Shown here: positions 37,560 through 49,379 of the stretch, one piece after another
How the letters are laid out: every line of letters starts with the position of its first letter
Numbering within the stretch: the first letter of the stretch is position 1
Origin: the human T2T-CHM13v2.0 reference genome, Homo sapiens
Length of the DNA stretch: 64,000 bases
Direction: 5' to 3'
Assembly (NCBI GenBank): GCA_009914755.4
Contig: CP086569.2
Coordinates: 11,360,001-11,424,000 of the forward strand
Notes under the pieces: generated by a model
What the model saw: only the letters and a program-made list of their open reading frames with translations
What the model was told of the DNA's origin: nothing
Databases searched by the model: none
Translations under genes and position numbers: made by a program

Positions 37560-39660
37560 CTTTAAGCAGGCAGACAAGCCAGCAACCTCACCCACTCAAG
37601 GAAGCCCAGATGGCCAGGTTCCAACAGCATGAGTAGCTGCCACCTGATGGCTGATGGAGCAAAGTCCTGAGGAAAAGCAGATGGCACTGGGGCCCTAAAT
37701 CTAGGGCAGAAGAACTGATGTACTGTGACTGGCAGCATGTGAGGTTGGTGATTGGCCCACCTGTTCCTGGCACACCCTTGCAGAGGTGGCTGGTTGCTCT
37801 TTGAGCCAGCTTGGCCTTGCCTGGCATGCACAAGCCTCGGTGCAACAACCGTGCTACAAATGGAGCCATATATAGGAAAGGAGCAGGAGGCTCAGGAGCA
37901 GGGTGTGCACTGCCTTTGGGGCTCCAGTGCATGCCTCAGGGCTCCTATGGCACTGCAGGCTTCTTTGTTGCCAAGAGGCAGACCACAGGCCATCTTGAGG
38001 AAGACTTTATGTACAAGTGCAGAAAGCAGCCAGGATTACCACCTTACCACCCAGGGGACTCGGTCTTCTGTGGTCCTGGCCTGACAGAATTTGTCCCAAG
38101 GCAGGACAAGGTCACTCCGAGCAGTGTGTCAGTAGGTGGGGCCTCTGCATGCGAGGCAAGGCCAAGCTGGCTCAAAGAGCAAGTAGCCACCTCTGCAAGG
38201 GTGTGCCTGGAGCAGGTAGACCAGCCACCAACCTCACCCACTGAAAGAAGCCAGGATGGCCAGGTTTCCACAGCCTGAATGGCTGCCTCCTGATGGCTGA
38301 TGGAGCAGAGGCCTGAGGAAAAGCAGATGGCATATTTAACTCTTTAATCCATCTTAAGATAATTTTTGTATAAAGCAGATGGCACCAGTCCATGCCTCAG
38401 GGCTCATATGGCACTGTAAGCCACAGAAGGGTGAGTCCCCAGGGTGGTAATCCTGCCTGCTTTCTGCATTGAACATAAAGTCCTCCTCAAGATGGCCTGT
38501 GGTCTGCCTCTTGGCCCCACCTTTAGGGTAGAAGAACTGTTGTACCACGTCTGGCAGTGAGTGAGGTTGGCGGCTGGTCCATCTGCTCCTGGCACACCCT
38601 TGCAGAGGTGGCTGCTTGCTCTTTGAGCCAGCTTGGCCTTGCTGGGCAAGCACAAGCCTCGCTGCAACAAGTGTGCTACAAATGGAGCCATATTGAGGAA
38701 ATGATCAGCAGGCTCAGGAACGGGGCGTGCACTGCCTTTGTGGCTCCAGTCCATGCCTCAGGGCTCATATGGCACTGTAGGTTTCTTGGTCGCCAACAGG
38801 CAGACCACAGGCTTTCTTGAGGAGGACTTTATGTTCAAGTGCAGAAAGCAGCCAAGATTAGCACCCAGGGGACTGGGCCTTCTGTGGCCCTGGCCAGACT
38901 TAGAATTTGACCCAAGGCAGGACAAGCTGACTCGGAGCAGAGTGTCAGTACCTGGGGCCTATGCATGCCAGGCAAGGCCAAGCTGGCTCAGAGCAACTAG
39001 CCACATCTGCAAGGCTGCACCTGTAGCAGGCAGACAAGCCAGCAACCTCAGCTACTCAAGGAAGGAGGGATGACCAGGTTCCCACAGCCTAAGTGGTTGC
39101 CACCTGATGACTGATAGAGCAGAGGCCTGAGGAAAAGCATATGGCACTGGGGCCCTACCTCTAGGGTAGAAGAACTGATGTAAGCTGACCGGCAGCAAGT
39201 GAGGTTGGTGGCCGGTCCACCGGCTCCTGGCACAACCTTGCAGAGGTGGCCGGTTGCTTTTTGAGCCAGCTTGGCCTTGCCCGGCATGCATAATTCTGTG
39301 CAACAACTGTGACACAAATGGAGCCACACAGAGAAAATGAGCAGCAGGCTCAGGAACAGGGTGTGTGCTTCCTCAGGGGCTCCAGTCCATGCCTAAGGGT
39401 TCATATGGCACTGTGGGCTTCTTGGTTGCAAAGAGGTAGACCACAGGCCATCTTCAGGAGGTCTTTATGTGGAAGTGCAGAAAGCAGCCAGGATTACCAC
39501 CCGTGGGACTCGGCCTTTTGTGGCCCTGGCCTGACAGAATTTGGCCCAAGGCAGGACAAGCTCACTCGGAGCAACATGTCAGAACCTGGGGCCGTGCATG
39601 TCAGGCAAGGCCAAGTTGGCTTAAAGAGCACCCAGAGCATCCATTCTGGTGGATGAGCCA
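37560..39660. repeat. tandem repeat, ~645-820 bp unit, ~3 copies, with internally inverted sub-segments (satellite-like; family not identified)
   Basis: Unit starts recur at ~37567, ~38212 and ~39030, e.g. 'caggcagacaagccagcaacctcacccactcaaggaagcccagatggccaggttccaacagc', 'caggtagaccagccaccaacctcacccactgaaagaagccaggatggccaggtttccacagcc', 'caggcagacaagccagcaacctcagctactcaaggaaggagggatgaccaggttcccacagcc'. Sub-blocks such as 'tgcagaaagcagccaggattacc' also occur as the reverse complement 'ggtaatcctgcctgctttctgca' (~38450). Confidence 0.7.
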
Positions 39661-40799
39661 ACCAATGGCCAGCTTCTGGGTGTGGGCACAGTGCCACATC
39701 TTCCATCGCTTTCTGACGTATCCCACCAACACTGAAGCGACAGCCTGGAGAGAGTGCAAGAGGAAGGCTGAGAAGGATGAGATAGTGAGTGCGGGCTTCT
39801 TTCCAACCCTCAGCACACCCCCAGGTGGTGACCATCAACCTTTAGGGGTGGGAGAGCAAGACTGATGGCTTCAAATGCTTCCCCAAGAAGATGGACACAG
39901 GCCACTCAGCTCATCCTTACAGCCAATGTGTTGACAAGCAAGCAGATGACAGTGACAGGCTTTTGGAAAGAGCATCAGAAGGTGGCCAGTTTTTCTTCAG
40001 CCTCAGCCAGGCCTTGGAACTTGACTAGGCCATCCACTTCACCAGAGATGCCTTCAAGAACATCAGTAAGCTCTTTGCCAATGAGTCCAGGAAGGACCTG
40101 GACCCAGCCATGGACTTGTTATTGCTGTCTCAGGGACACCAGACCAACATCCTGGACATCATCCTCATACACAAGGAAGCTCTTACCAAAGTCACGGAGA
40201 ACAGGCAACAGGTGGCAGAAGGGAAGACAGAGGTGCAGAGGCTGATGGCATCATCATCACAGGAATGGGATTTCTTTGGCCACTTTGGCTGAAATTCACC
40301 ACTTCCATCCAATTCACTCAAGTGAGAGACTTGAAATCACAGATGGACCATTTCTTGCAACAAGAGATACTATTTTTTCAAAAAGTCACCTAAAATTTGA
40401 TAGTGTTGAATGACTAGCTATTTTATTGTGGACTTTTTCCAGTTCACAGGTACTTTCTACAGCAGAATGATAACAGTATCAAAGAGCTAGTGCCAGCTAT
40501 CGGTGGTAGTACAAGGATGACTTTGTGCTCAACTGAAACCCAGCTGAATATAGAACTGTGTAGGAAAGTGTTAATATGGTGATAGAATAGAAACAGTAGC
40601 AAATGAACTAAATCATACTATGAATGCCTACACTACCATTATAACTTTTTGAAGAATGATAATACCACTTACTTTATTGCCTTTTGAAGTAGGAATATTT
40701 TAGTGGATGTGCTATAGACCTGAAACCCTATAAAGAATCCCAAAGAAGCTGGCTGGATAAAGCCTGCTATGGATGTCTTTATACTCAAAGACTGATGAG

Positions 40800-41935
40800 G
40801 CAATTCGAATATGTGTCTCCACCAAATCTCATGTTGAGTTATGCTTCCTAATGTTGGAGGTGGATCCTGGTATAAGGTGATTGAATCATGAAGACAAATT
40901 TCTCATGAGTGGTTCAGCACTATCCCCTTGGTACTCTCCTCACAATCATGAGTGAATTCTCGTGAGATCTGGCCACTGAAAACTCTATATCACTCCCTAA
41001 TCTCCATGATTTCCTCTTGCCATATGAGACAATTCACTCTTTCATTACCTTGCACAATGATTGAAAGATTTCTGAGGCCCCCCAGAAGCAGAAGCACTAA
41101 GCTTCCTGTCCACTCTGCAGAACCGTGAGCCAATTAAACCTCTTTTTCAAAATAAATCTTACCAAAAATGACAAATGAGGACTGGAGCATTGCTATAAAG
41201 ATACCTGAAAATGTGGAAGCAACTTCGGAACTGGGTAATGGGTAGAGGTTGGAAGAGTTTGGAGGGCTCCAAAGAAGACAGACAGATGAGAACATTTTTG
41301 GACCATCTTAGAGACTGGTTAAATGGCTGTGACAAGAATGCTGACAAAAACATGGACAGTGAAGGCCAGGCTGAGGGGCCTCAGATAAAAATAAGAAGGT
41401 TTCTGGAAAATGTCTCCCTTTTGCATATGGAAAGCTTACACAATGCCTGTACCATCATTGTACCTTAGACGCAGTGAACTTGCTTTTTATTTCAGAGACT
41501 CGTAGGCAAAAGAGAATGTAGCCTTGACCCAGATGAGACTTTGGACTTTGTAACTTTGAGTTAATGCTGAAATGAGTTAAGACTTTGGGAGACTGCTGGC
41601 AAGGCATGACTGTATTTTGCAATGTGAGAAGGACATGAGATCTGTGGGGTCAGGGACAGAATAATACAGTTTTTCTCTATGCCCTTTCCAAAGCTCATGT
41701 GAAAGCACACTCCCTAATGTTAGAGTCGGGGCCTAGGTGGAAAAAGGTTTAATCATAAAGGGGTGGGAGTGGATCCTTCACAAATGGCAAAGCACCAAGC
41801 CCTTAATGCCATCCTCCTGATAGTGAGTGAGTTCTCATGAGATCTAGTAGTTTAAAAGGCTGTGGAACCTCTTTTCTCTCTCTGTCTTTTTCCAACTTTT
41901 GCCATATGAAACATGTCATTGCCGCTTGGATTTCC
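40800..41935 (+). mobile_element. interspersed repeat copy (primate repeat family with the ..gtgagccaattaaacctcttt.. motif; possibly LTR/ERV-associated, name uncertain)
   Basis: 'aaatctcatgttgagttatgcttcctaatgttggaggtggatcctggtataaggtgattgaatcatg..ctgcagaaccgtgagccaattaaacctctttttcaaaataaatc..gcattgctataaagatacctgaaaatgtggaagcaacttcggaactgggtaatgggtagaggttggaagagtttggagggctccaaagaagacag..' matches a high-copy human repeat. Confidence 0.55.
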
Positions 41936-41939
41936 GGTG

Positions 41940-42860
41940 TGGTTAGGAGGGGCCTGATCAGGGTGGGCCTGGTCAGTGGGCCTAGGTCAGTGAGGACTAT
42001 TTAGTGGGATCGTGGTCAGCAGGGGTCTGCTTAGAGAGGGTCTCATTAGTGGCGTCTAGTAGTGGGGGTTTTGGTGAGTGGGGACCTATTGGCTGCCAGT
42101 TGTTTGGTGTCTGCTCAGTGCAAACCTGGGCTGTGGGGCTTGATCAGTGGAGACCTGGTCAGCTGGGGCTTAGGGCTGGCCTGGTCAGCATGGGCTGGGG
42201 CACTGGTGACCAGGTCAAGAGGTGCTATTCAGTGGAGGACTGGGCACATGGGACCTAGTCAGCAGACCCTGGTGGGCGTGTCCTCATCAGTGAGGCCCTT
42301 GTCAGTGGGGCCCTGGTCAGGGCAGCCTTGTCAGCGGGACCTAATCTGTAGTGTCCTGGTCAGAGAGGACTCGGTCAGTGGTGACTTTTGTAGCACTGGT
42401 CTACAGGGTGACCTGGTCAGCGGGGATCTCAGCATTTGGTGCCAGTTCACTGGGGTCTACTCACTAGGGTCCCAGTCAGGGGCATCTGGTGACCTTAGGC
42501 CTGGTTTTTAGGGGCCTGATCAGTGGCAACCTGTTCCCTGGAGGCCTGGTCAGTGGGGCCTCATCTTTGGGGCCAGGGAATGAGGTCATGATCAGTGGAA
42601 CCTGATCAGTGAGGCCTTGTCAATAATGACCTAGTCAGTGAGGACTTGTCAGTAAGGACTTGGTCCGTGAGGCCTTGTCAGTAAGGTCCTGGTCGGTGGA
42701 GTCCTTGTCATTGTGTGCCTGGCAGTGGGGGCTTTGTTAGTGGGGCCTGGTCATGAGGGTCTAATCAGTGAAGGTGTCATCAGGGAGGACCTGATGTGTG
42801 GGGTCTGGTCAGCAGGGACCTGGTCAATGTGGGCTGCGGAGCACTGCTTGGATAAGCCAG
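41940..42860. repeat. minisatellite, ~19-20 bp degenerate unit (GGNCCTGGTCAGTGRGG-like), ~45 copies
   Basis: '..ggcctgatcagggtgggcctggtcagtgggcctaggtcagtgaggac..cctggtcagcggggatc..gcctggtcagtggggcctcatc..ccttgtcagtaaggacttggtccgtgaggccttgtcagtaaggtcctggtcggtgg..' is periodic; ORFs 42004-42511 are translations of it. Confidence 0.8.
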
Positions 42861-43164
42861 GTGCAATGTGCATTATTGAAGACCCTGTGGACAGCTGGGA
42901 TAGCCTAGTGATGCCCAAGGGCCTAGTCAAAAGTGGACAAAGCACGTGTTTGGATGGACCTGGGAGATCCTGCTCAGAGATTCTGACAGGACAAAGGTAA
43001 AGGAAGGGCCAGAGTGGCTGCAGAGATAGTCACAGTCTATGGGCTGCACAGGATGAAGTAGGCCAGGGAACAGGCAGGGTGGGCGGTTGGGGTTCAGGGA
43101 GAGGCAGGTACCTGCTGGGAGGTCAGACCCTGTGAGGGCTTTGGGGGCGTCATGTTGGGTAGGC

Positions 43165-46100
43165 TCCAGGCACTCTCACTCACATAGGATTCCAGAACAC
43201 TGCTACAAGGCTCTGAGTGTTTGTCCCTCACATAGGATTCCAGAACACTGCTGCCATTGTCTGAATGTTTGTCCCCCACATAGGATTCCAGAAGCCTGCT
43301 GCTGGAGTCTGAATGTTTGTCCCCCATCTAGGATTCCAGAACACTGCTGCGAGGGTCAGAATGTCTGTCCCTCACACATGATTCTAGAACATTGATGCTA
43401 GGGTCTGTATGTTTGCCCCTAACATATGATTTCAAAACACTGCTCCTGGATTCTGAATGTTGTCCTTCACATAGGAATACAGAACACTGCTGCTGGAGTC
43501 TGGAAGTTTGTCACTCACATAGAATTCCAGAACACTGCTGTGAAGATCTGAATGTTTGACCCTCACATGGGATTCCAGAACACTGCTGTGAGGGTCTAAA
43601 TGTCTGTCCCTCACATAGGTTTCCCTAACAATGTTACGAGGTTCTGAATGTTTGTCCCTAACATAGGATTCCAGAACACTCCTGCTGTGCTCTGAATGCT
43701 TCTCCCTCACATAGGATTCCAGAACACTGCTACGAGGGTCTGAATGCTTATCCCTCACATAGGATTCCAGAACACTCCTGCTGTGGTCCGAATGTTTGTT
43801 CCTCACATAGGATTCCAGAATACTCCTGCCGTGGTCTGAATGTTTGTCCCTCACATAGGATTCCAGAACATTCATGCTGGGGTCTCAATGTTTCCCTTAA
43901 CATAGGATTTCAGAACACTGCTCTTGGGGTCTGAATGTTTGTCACTCACATAGGATTACAGAACACTGCTGCTGTGGTCTGAATGTTTGTCCCTCACATA
44001 GAATTCTGGAACACTGCTACAAGGGTCTGAATGTTTGTCCTTCACATACCATTCCAGAACACTGTTGCCGTGGTCTGAATGTGTGTCCCTCACATAGGAT
44101 TCCAGAACACTGCTACTAGGTTCTGAATGTTTTTCCCACACCTAGGATTCCAGAACACTTCTACTGGTGTCTGAATGGTTGTTCCTCACATATGATTCCA
44201 GGACACTGCTACGAGAGTCTTAATGTTTGTCCTTCACATAGGATTCTAGAACACTGCTCCCATGGTCTGAATGTTTGTCCTTCACATAGCATTCCAGAAC
44301 ACTGCTGCTGGGGTCTGAATGTCTGCCCCTCAAATCAGATTCCAGAACACTGCTGCTGGGTTTTGAATGTCTTTCCCTCACATAGAGTTCCAGAACATGG
44401 CTGGGAGGGTCTGAATGTTTGTCCCTCACATGGGATACCAGAACACTGCTGCGAGGGTCTAAATGTCTCTCCCTCACATAAGATTTCACGACACTGCTAC
44501 GAGGTTCTGAATGTTTGTACCTCACATAGGATTCCAGAGCACTCCTGCTGTGGTCTGAATATTTGTCCCTCACATAGGATTCCAGAACACTGCCACGTGG
44601 GTCTGAATGTTTGCCCTCACATAGGATTCCAGAACACTATTGCTGTGGTCTGAAAGTTTGTCCCTCACATAGGATTCCAGAACACTCCTGCTGTGGTCTG
44701 AAAGTTTGTTCATCACATAGGACTCCAGAACACTGCTAAGAGGGTCTGAATGTCCCTCACATTGTATTCCAGAACACTCCTTCTGTGGTCTGAATGTTTG
44801 TTCCTCACATAGGATTCGAGAACACTCCTGCTGTGGTCTGAATGTTTGTCCCTTACCTAGGATTCGAGAACATTCACACTGGGATATAAATGCTTGCCCT
44901 TAACATAGGATTTCAGAACACTGCTCCTGGGGTCTGAAAGTTTGTCCCTCACATAGGATTCCAGAACTCTCCTGCTGTGGTCTGAAAGTTTGTACCGCAC
45001 ATAGGATTCCAGAACACTGCTGCTGTGGTTGGAAAGTTTTTCTGTCACATAGGATTCCAGAACACTGCAGCTGGGTTCTGAATGTTTGTCCCTCACATAG
45101 GATTTCAGAACACTGCTACGAGTGTCTGATTGTTGGTCCCTCACATAGGATTCCTGAACACTGCTGCTGGGCTCTGAATGTTTGTCTCTCACATTGGATT
45201 GCAGAACACTACTGCTATGGTCTGAACGTTTGTCCATCACATAGGATTCCAGAACGCTCCTGCTGTGGTCTGAATGTTTGTCTGTCACATAGGATTCCAG
45301 AACACTGCCGCTGGGGTCTGAATGTCCCTGACATAGGATTCCAGAACATTGTTATGAGAGTCTGAATGGTTGTCTTTCACATAGCATTCCAGAACACTGC
45401 TACGAGGATCTGAATGTTGGTCCCTCACACAGGATTCCAGAACCCTCCTGCTGGGGTCTGAATGTTTGTCCCTCACAAAGGATTCCAGAACACTGCTATG
45501 AGGGTCTGAATATTTGTCCCTCACATAGGATTCCAGAACACTCCTGCTGTGGTCTGAATGGTTGTCCCTCACAAAGGATTCCAGAACACTCCTGCTGTGA
45601 TCTGAATGGTTGTCCCTCACATAAGATTCTGGAACACTTCTGCCGTGGTACGAATGTTTGTGTCTTACGTAGGATTCCAGAACACTGTTACGAGGGTCTC
45701 AATGTTTGTCCCTCACATAAGATTCCAGAACACTGCTGCTGGGGTCTTGAATGCTTGTCCCTCACATACGATTACAGAACACTGTTGCTGGGGTGTGAAT
45801 GTTTGTCCCTCACATGGGATTCCAGACCACAGCTGCTGGGGTCTCATTGTCTGTCCCTCAAAAAAGGATTCCAGAACACTGTTATGAGGGTCTGAATTTT
45901 TGTTCCTCACTTAAGACTGCAGAACACTGCTTCGAGGGTCTAAATGTCTGTCCTTCACATAGGATTCCAGAACACTGCTACGAGGGTCTGAATGTTTGTC
46001 CTTCACATAGCATTTCAGAACTGCCATGGTCTGAATGGTTGTCCCTCACATAGTATTCCAGAACACTGCTATGAGGGTCTGAATGTTTGTACCTCACATA

Positions 46101-47550
46101 AGATTCCAGAACACTGCTATGAGTGTCTGAAAGTTTGTCCCTCACATAGGATTCCAGAAGACTGCTGCTGGGGTCTGAATGTCTGTCCTTCACATCAGAT
46201 TCCAGAACACTGCTGCTGGGGTTTGAATGTCTGTCCCTCACATAGAATTCCAGAAGACTGCTGGGAGGGTCTGAATGTTTGTCCCTCACATAGGATTCCA
46301 GAACACTGCTACGAGGGTCTGAATGTTTGTCCTTTACATAGGATTCCAGAACACTCCTTCTGGGGTCTGAATGTTTGTCCCTCACATAGGATTCCAGAAC
46401 ACTGCTACGAGGGTCTGAATGTTTTTTAATCACATAGGATTCCAGAACACTTCTACAAGGGTCTGAATGTTTGTCCCTCACATAGGATTCCAGAATACTC
46501 CTGCTATGGTCTTAATGCTTGTCCCTCACATAGGATTCCAGAACATTCATGTTGGGGTCTGAATGTTTGCCCTTATCATAGGATTTCAGAACAGTGCTCC
46601 TGGGGTCTGAATGTTTGTCCTTCATATAGGATTTAAGAACACTCCTGCTTTGGTCTGAAAGTTTGTCCCTCACATAGGATTCCAGAACTCTACTGCTGTG
46701 GTCTGAAAGTTTGTCCTTCACGTGGGATTCCAGAACACTGCTGTTGTGGTTTGAATGTTTGTCCCTCACATAAGATTCCAGAACACTGCTACGAGGGTCT
46801 GAATGTTTGTCCTTCACATAGGATTCCTGAGCATTGTTGCTGTGGTCTGAATGTTTGTCACTAACATAGGATTCCAGAACAGTGCTACGAGGGTCTGAAT
46901 GTTTGTCCCTCACATAGGATTCCAGAACACTTCTGCTGGTGTCTGAATGTTTATACCTCACATAGGACTCGAGAACACTGCTGTTAGGGTCTGAACGTCT
47001 GTCCCTCACATAGGATTCTAGAACACTGCTGCGAGTGTCTGAATGTTTGTCTCGCAGATGGGATTCTAGAACACTGCTGCGAGGGTCTAAATGTCTGTCT
47101 CTGACATAACATTCCAGCACACTGCTACAAGGTTTTGAAATGTTTGTCCCTCACATAGGATTACAGAGCACTCCTGCTGTGGTCTGAATGTTTGTCCCTC
47201 ACATAGGATTCCAGAACACTCCTGCTGTGGTCTGAATGTTTGCCCCTCACATAGGATTCCAGAACATTCCTGCTGTGGTCTGATTGTTCCTCACATAGGA
47301 TTCCAGAACACTGCTACGAGGTTCTGAATTTTTGCCCCTCACATAGGATTGCAGAACACTGCTACAAGGGTTTGAAAGTTTTCCCCTCACATAGGATTCC
47401 ACAACACTACTGCTGGGGTCTGAATGTTTGTCCCCTCACATAGGATTCCTGAGCACTCCTGCTGTGGTCTGAATGTTTTTCCCTCACATAGGATTCCTGA
47501 AGACTGCTGCTGTCACTATAGTCGTTGGGAGTGTCTGAATGTTTGACCTT
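43165..47550. repeat. 48-bp satellite array (~90 tandem units; resembles the pericentromeric 48-bp 'CER' satellite)
   Basis: Monomer 'cctcacataggattccagaacactgctgctggggtctgaatgtttgtc' (48 bp) repeats head-to-tail for ~4.4 kb with variant classes (..ctgctacgagggtc.., ..ctcctgctgtggtc.., gaaagtttgt vs gaatgtttgt). Six-frame ORFs show a 16-aa periodicity (HRIPEHCYEGLNVCPS..). Confidence 0.85.
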
Positions 47551-47559
47551 CACCAAACA

Positions 47560-47660
47560 CTAAATATCCTGCCCCTTCAGTCTTGGACTTTCCAGCCTCC
47601 AGATCTGTGAGCAATAATCTCTGTTGTTTATGAATTACTCAGTCTAAAGTATTTTGTTAT
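47560..47660. repeat. LTR (MaLR-type?) terminal fragment
   Basis: 'cttggactttccagcctccagatctgtgagcaataatctctgttgtttatgaattactcagtctaaagtattttgttatagtag' resembles the common '..ccagcctccagaactgtgagaaataaa..tgtttaagccacccagtctatggtattttgttatagcag..' LTR end. Confidence 0.4.
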
Positions 47661-47789
47661 AGTAGTGTAAAGAGACTAAGAGAGCATCACCTGCCCTGTC
47701 ACCTCATCACAGCATTACTAAAGCTATACTAACAGCAGTCACCTTTAGTGGGTGCTTCATGCATGAGAATAAAGGGAAAAAATTGCAAG

Positions 47790-48700
47790 GCATACTAAAA
47801 TCCAAAAAAAGAAAAAAATACAATTTGTGTCAACAGAGCAAGCTTCAGAAGCAGACAAAGATAAGATTTTGGAATTTTTTTTAAACCTCTGGAGAATATG
47901 CTAAGGGTCTAATGAATGAAGTAGACAGCATTCAAGTGTAGATGGGTAATGTAATCAGAAAGACAGACATCGTAAGAAACTTCAACATAATGTAGTGGTA
48001 AAAAATGTGGTAAATAACTGAAGAATACCTCTGATGGCTTATTAGTAGACTGGACTCAGCTGAGTAAAGAATCTCTGAGCTTGAGGATTTATCATCAGAA
48101 ACTTCGAAAACTAAAGAAAAGAAACACTGAAAATAACAGAAGATGATATCCAAGACTGTGGGACAACTATAAAAGGTGAAACAGAGTAATGAGAATACCA
48201 GGAGGAGAAGAAATAGAAGAAAGTTCTGCAACAACCATGTCTGAGAACTTCCAGTATTAATGTCAGACACCAAACCAAAGATCCAGGAAGCTCAGAGAAC
48301 ACCAGGCAGTATAAATGCCAGCAACCTACACTTGGACATATAATTTTCAAACTATATGAAATAAAAGATAAAGGAAAACTCTGAAAGAAACCAGAGGTGG
48401 GGCAGAAAACACCTTACCTACAGAGACACAAAGATAAGAACTGCATTCAACATTGCAGAAACTGTGAAAGCAAGAAGACAATTAAATGAAAAATTCAAAA
48501 TGTTGACAGAAAAAACCCACCAACCTAAGTTTCTGTACCCACTGAAACCACCTTCAAAAGTGAAGGAGAATTAAGGCCTTCCTCAGAAAAATAAAAATTC
48601 AAGAAACTTGTTGCCAGGAGACCTGTCTTGCAAGAAATGTTAAATGAAATTCTTTAGAGGGAAACAAAAGATATATAACTGAAACCTGGATCAACATTTT
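47790..48700 (+). mobile_element. L1 (old, L1M-type) 5'/ORF1-region fragment
   Basis: A/G-rich L1M-like text '..cattgcagaaactgtgaaagcaagaagacaattaaatgaaaaattcaaaatgttgacagaaaaaacccaccaacctaag..'. Confidence 0.5.
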
Positions 48701-48719
48701 TTAAAAAAGACCATTAAAG

Positions 48720-49320
48720 AATTGTGGTACAATAAAAACCTATGTATTTATTCTTAATTGATCTGACCAAGAAGTTCATAGACAATAACAAATACACACA
48801 GATAGATTATGTATGCTTATACACAAGTTAAATGAGTAACACTAATACAAGGAATGGAATGGAAGGATGGGAGGGAGGAATTGTGGTACAATAAAAACAT
48901 GTATTTATTCATAATTGATCTGACCAATAAGTTTGTAGATAATAATAAATACACACAGATAGATTATGTATGCTTATACACAAGTGCAATAAGGAACAAT
49001 AATACAAGGAATGGAATGGAAGGATGGGAGGGAGGAATCAGGTGTTTTCTTTGTTAAGCAGGTAGTCACCCGTGAAGTGGGATAGTGTTATCTGAAAGTG
49101 GACTTGAATTGGTTGTAAATGTATATTGAGGAATTAGGTGTGTTCTTTGTTAAGCAGGTAGTCTTATTTGTTGGATAGTGGGGTAGTTTTATTTGAAAAT
49201 GGACTTGAATTTGTTGTAAATGTTACTGAGGAATTAGGTGTTTTGTTTGTTAAGCAGGTAGTCTTATTTGTGGGATAGTGGGATAGTGTTATTTGAAAGT
49301 GGACTTGAATTGGTTGTAAA
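48720..49320. repeat. local tandem duplications: ~155-bp unit x2 then ~93-bp unit x3
   Basis: 'gaattgtggtacaataaaaac[c/a]t[a]tgtatttattc[t/a]taattgatctgaccaa[g/t]aag..caaggaatggaatggaaggatgggagggagga' occurs twice (48723-48877, 48878-49032); 'ggtgt[g]tt[c/t]tttgttaagcaggtagtc..ttatttgaaa[g/a]tggacttgaatt[g/t]gttgtaaatgt' occurs three times (49040-49320). Confidence 0.8.
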
Positions 49321-49379
49321 TGTATATTGCAAATTCTGTGGCAACTAGTTAAAAAAAGTTTTAAAAAGAGAAGTACATG

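Noticed and set aside
37560-39330. Repeated ORFs MHARQGQAGSKSNQPPLQGCAR.. / MLAQQGQAGSKSKQPPLQGCAR.. / MHAGQGQAGSKSNRPPLQGCAR.. suggesting a small gene family
   Set aside because: They recur once per ~650-bp tandem unit, on both strands, within a satellite-like array. They are periodic translation artefacts.
43087-47120. Long ORFs on both strands inside the 48-bp satellite (e.g. 46512-47120 202 aa, 45978-46481 167 aa)
   Set aside because: They show perfect 16-aa periodicity reflecting the 48-bp DNA repeat, so the open frames are a by-product of tandem repetition.
43165-47550. Regular short direct repeats, in principle reminiscent of a CRISPR array
   Set aside because: This is a eukaryotic (primate) sequence. 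The repeats are contiguous with no unique spacers. It is a satellite, not CRISPR.
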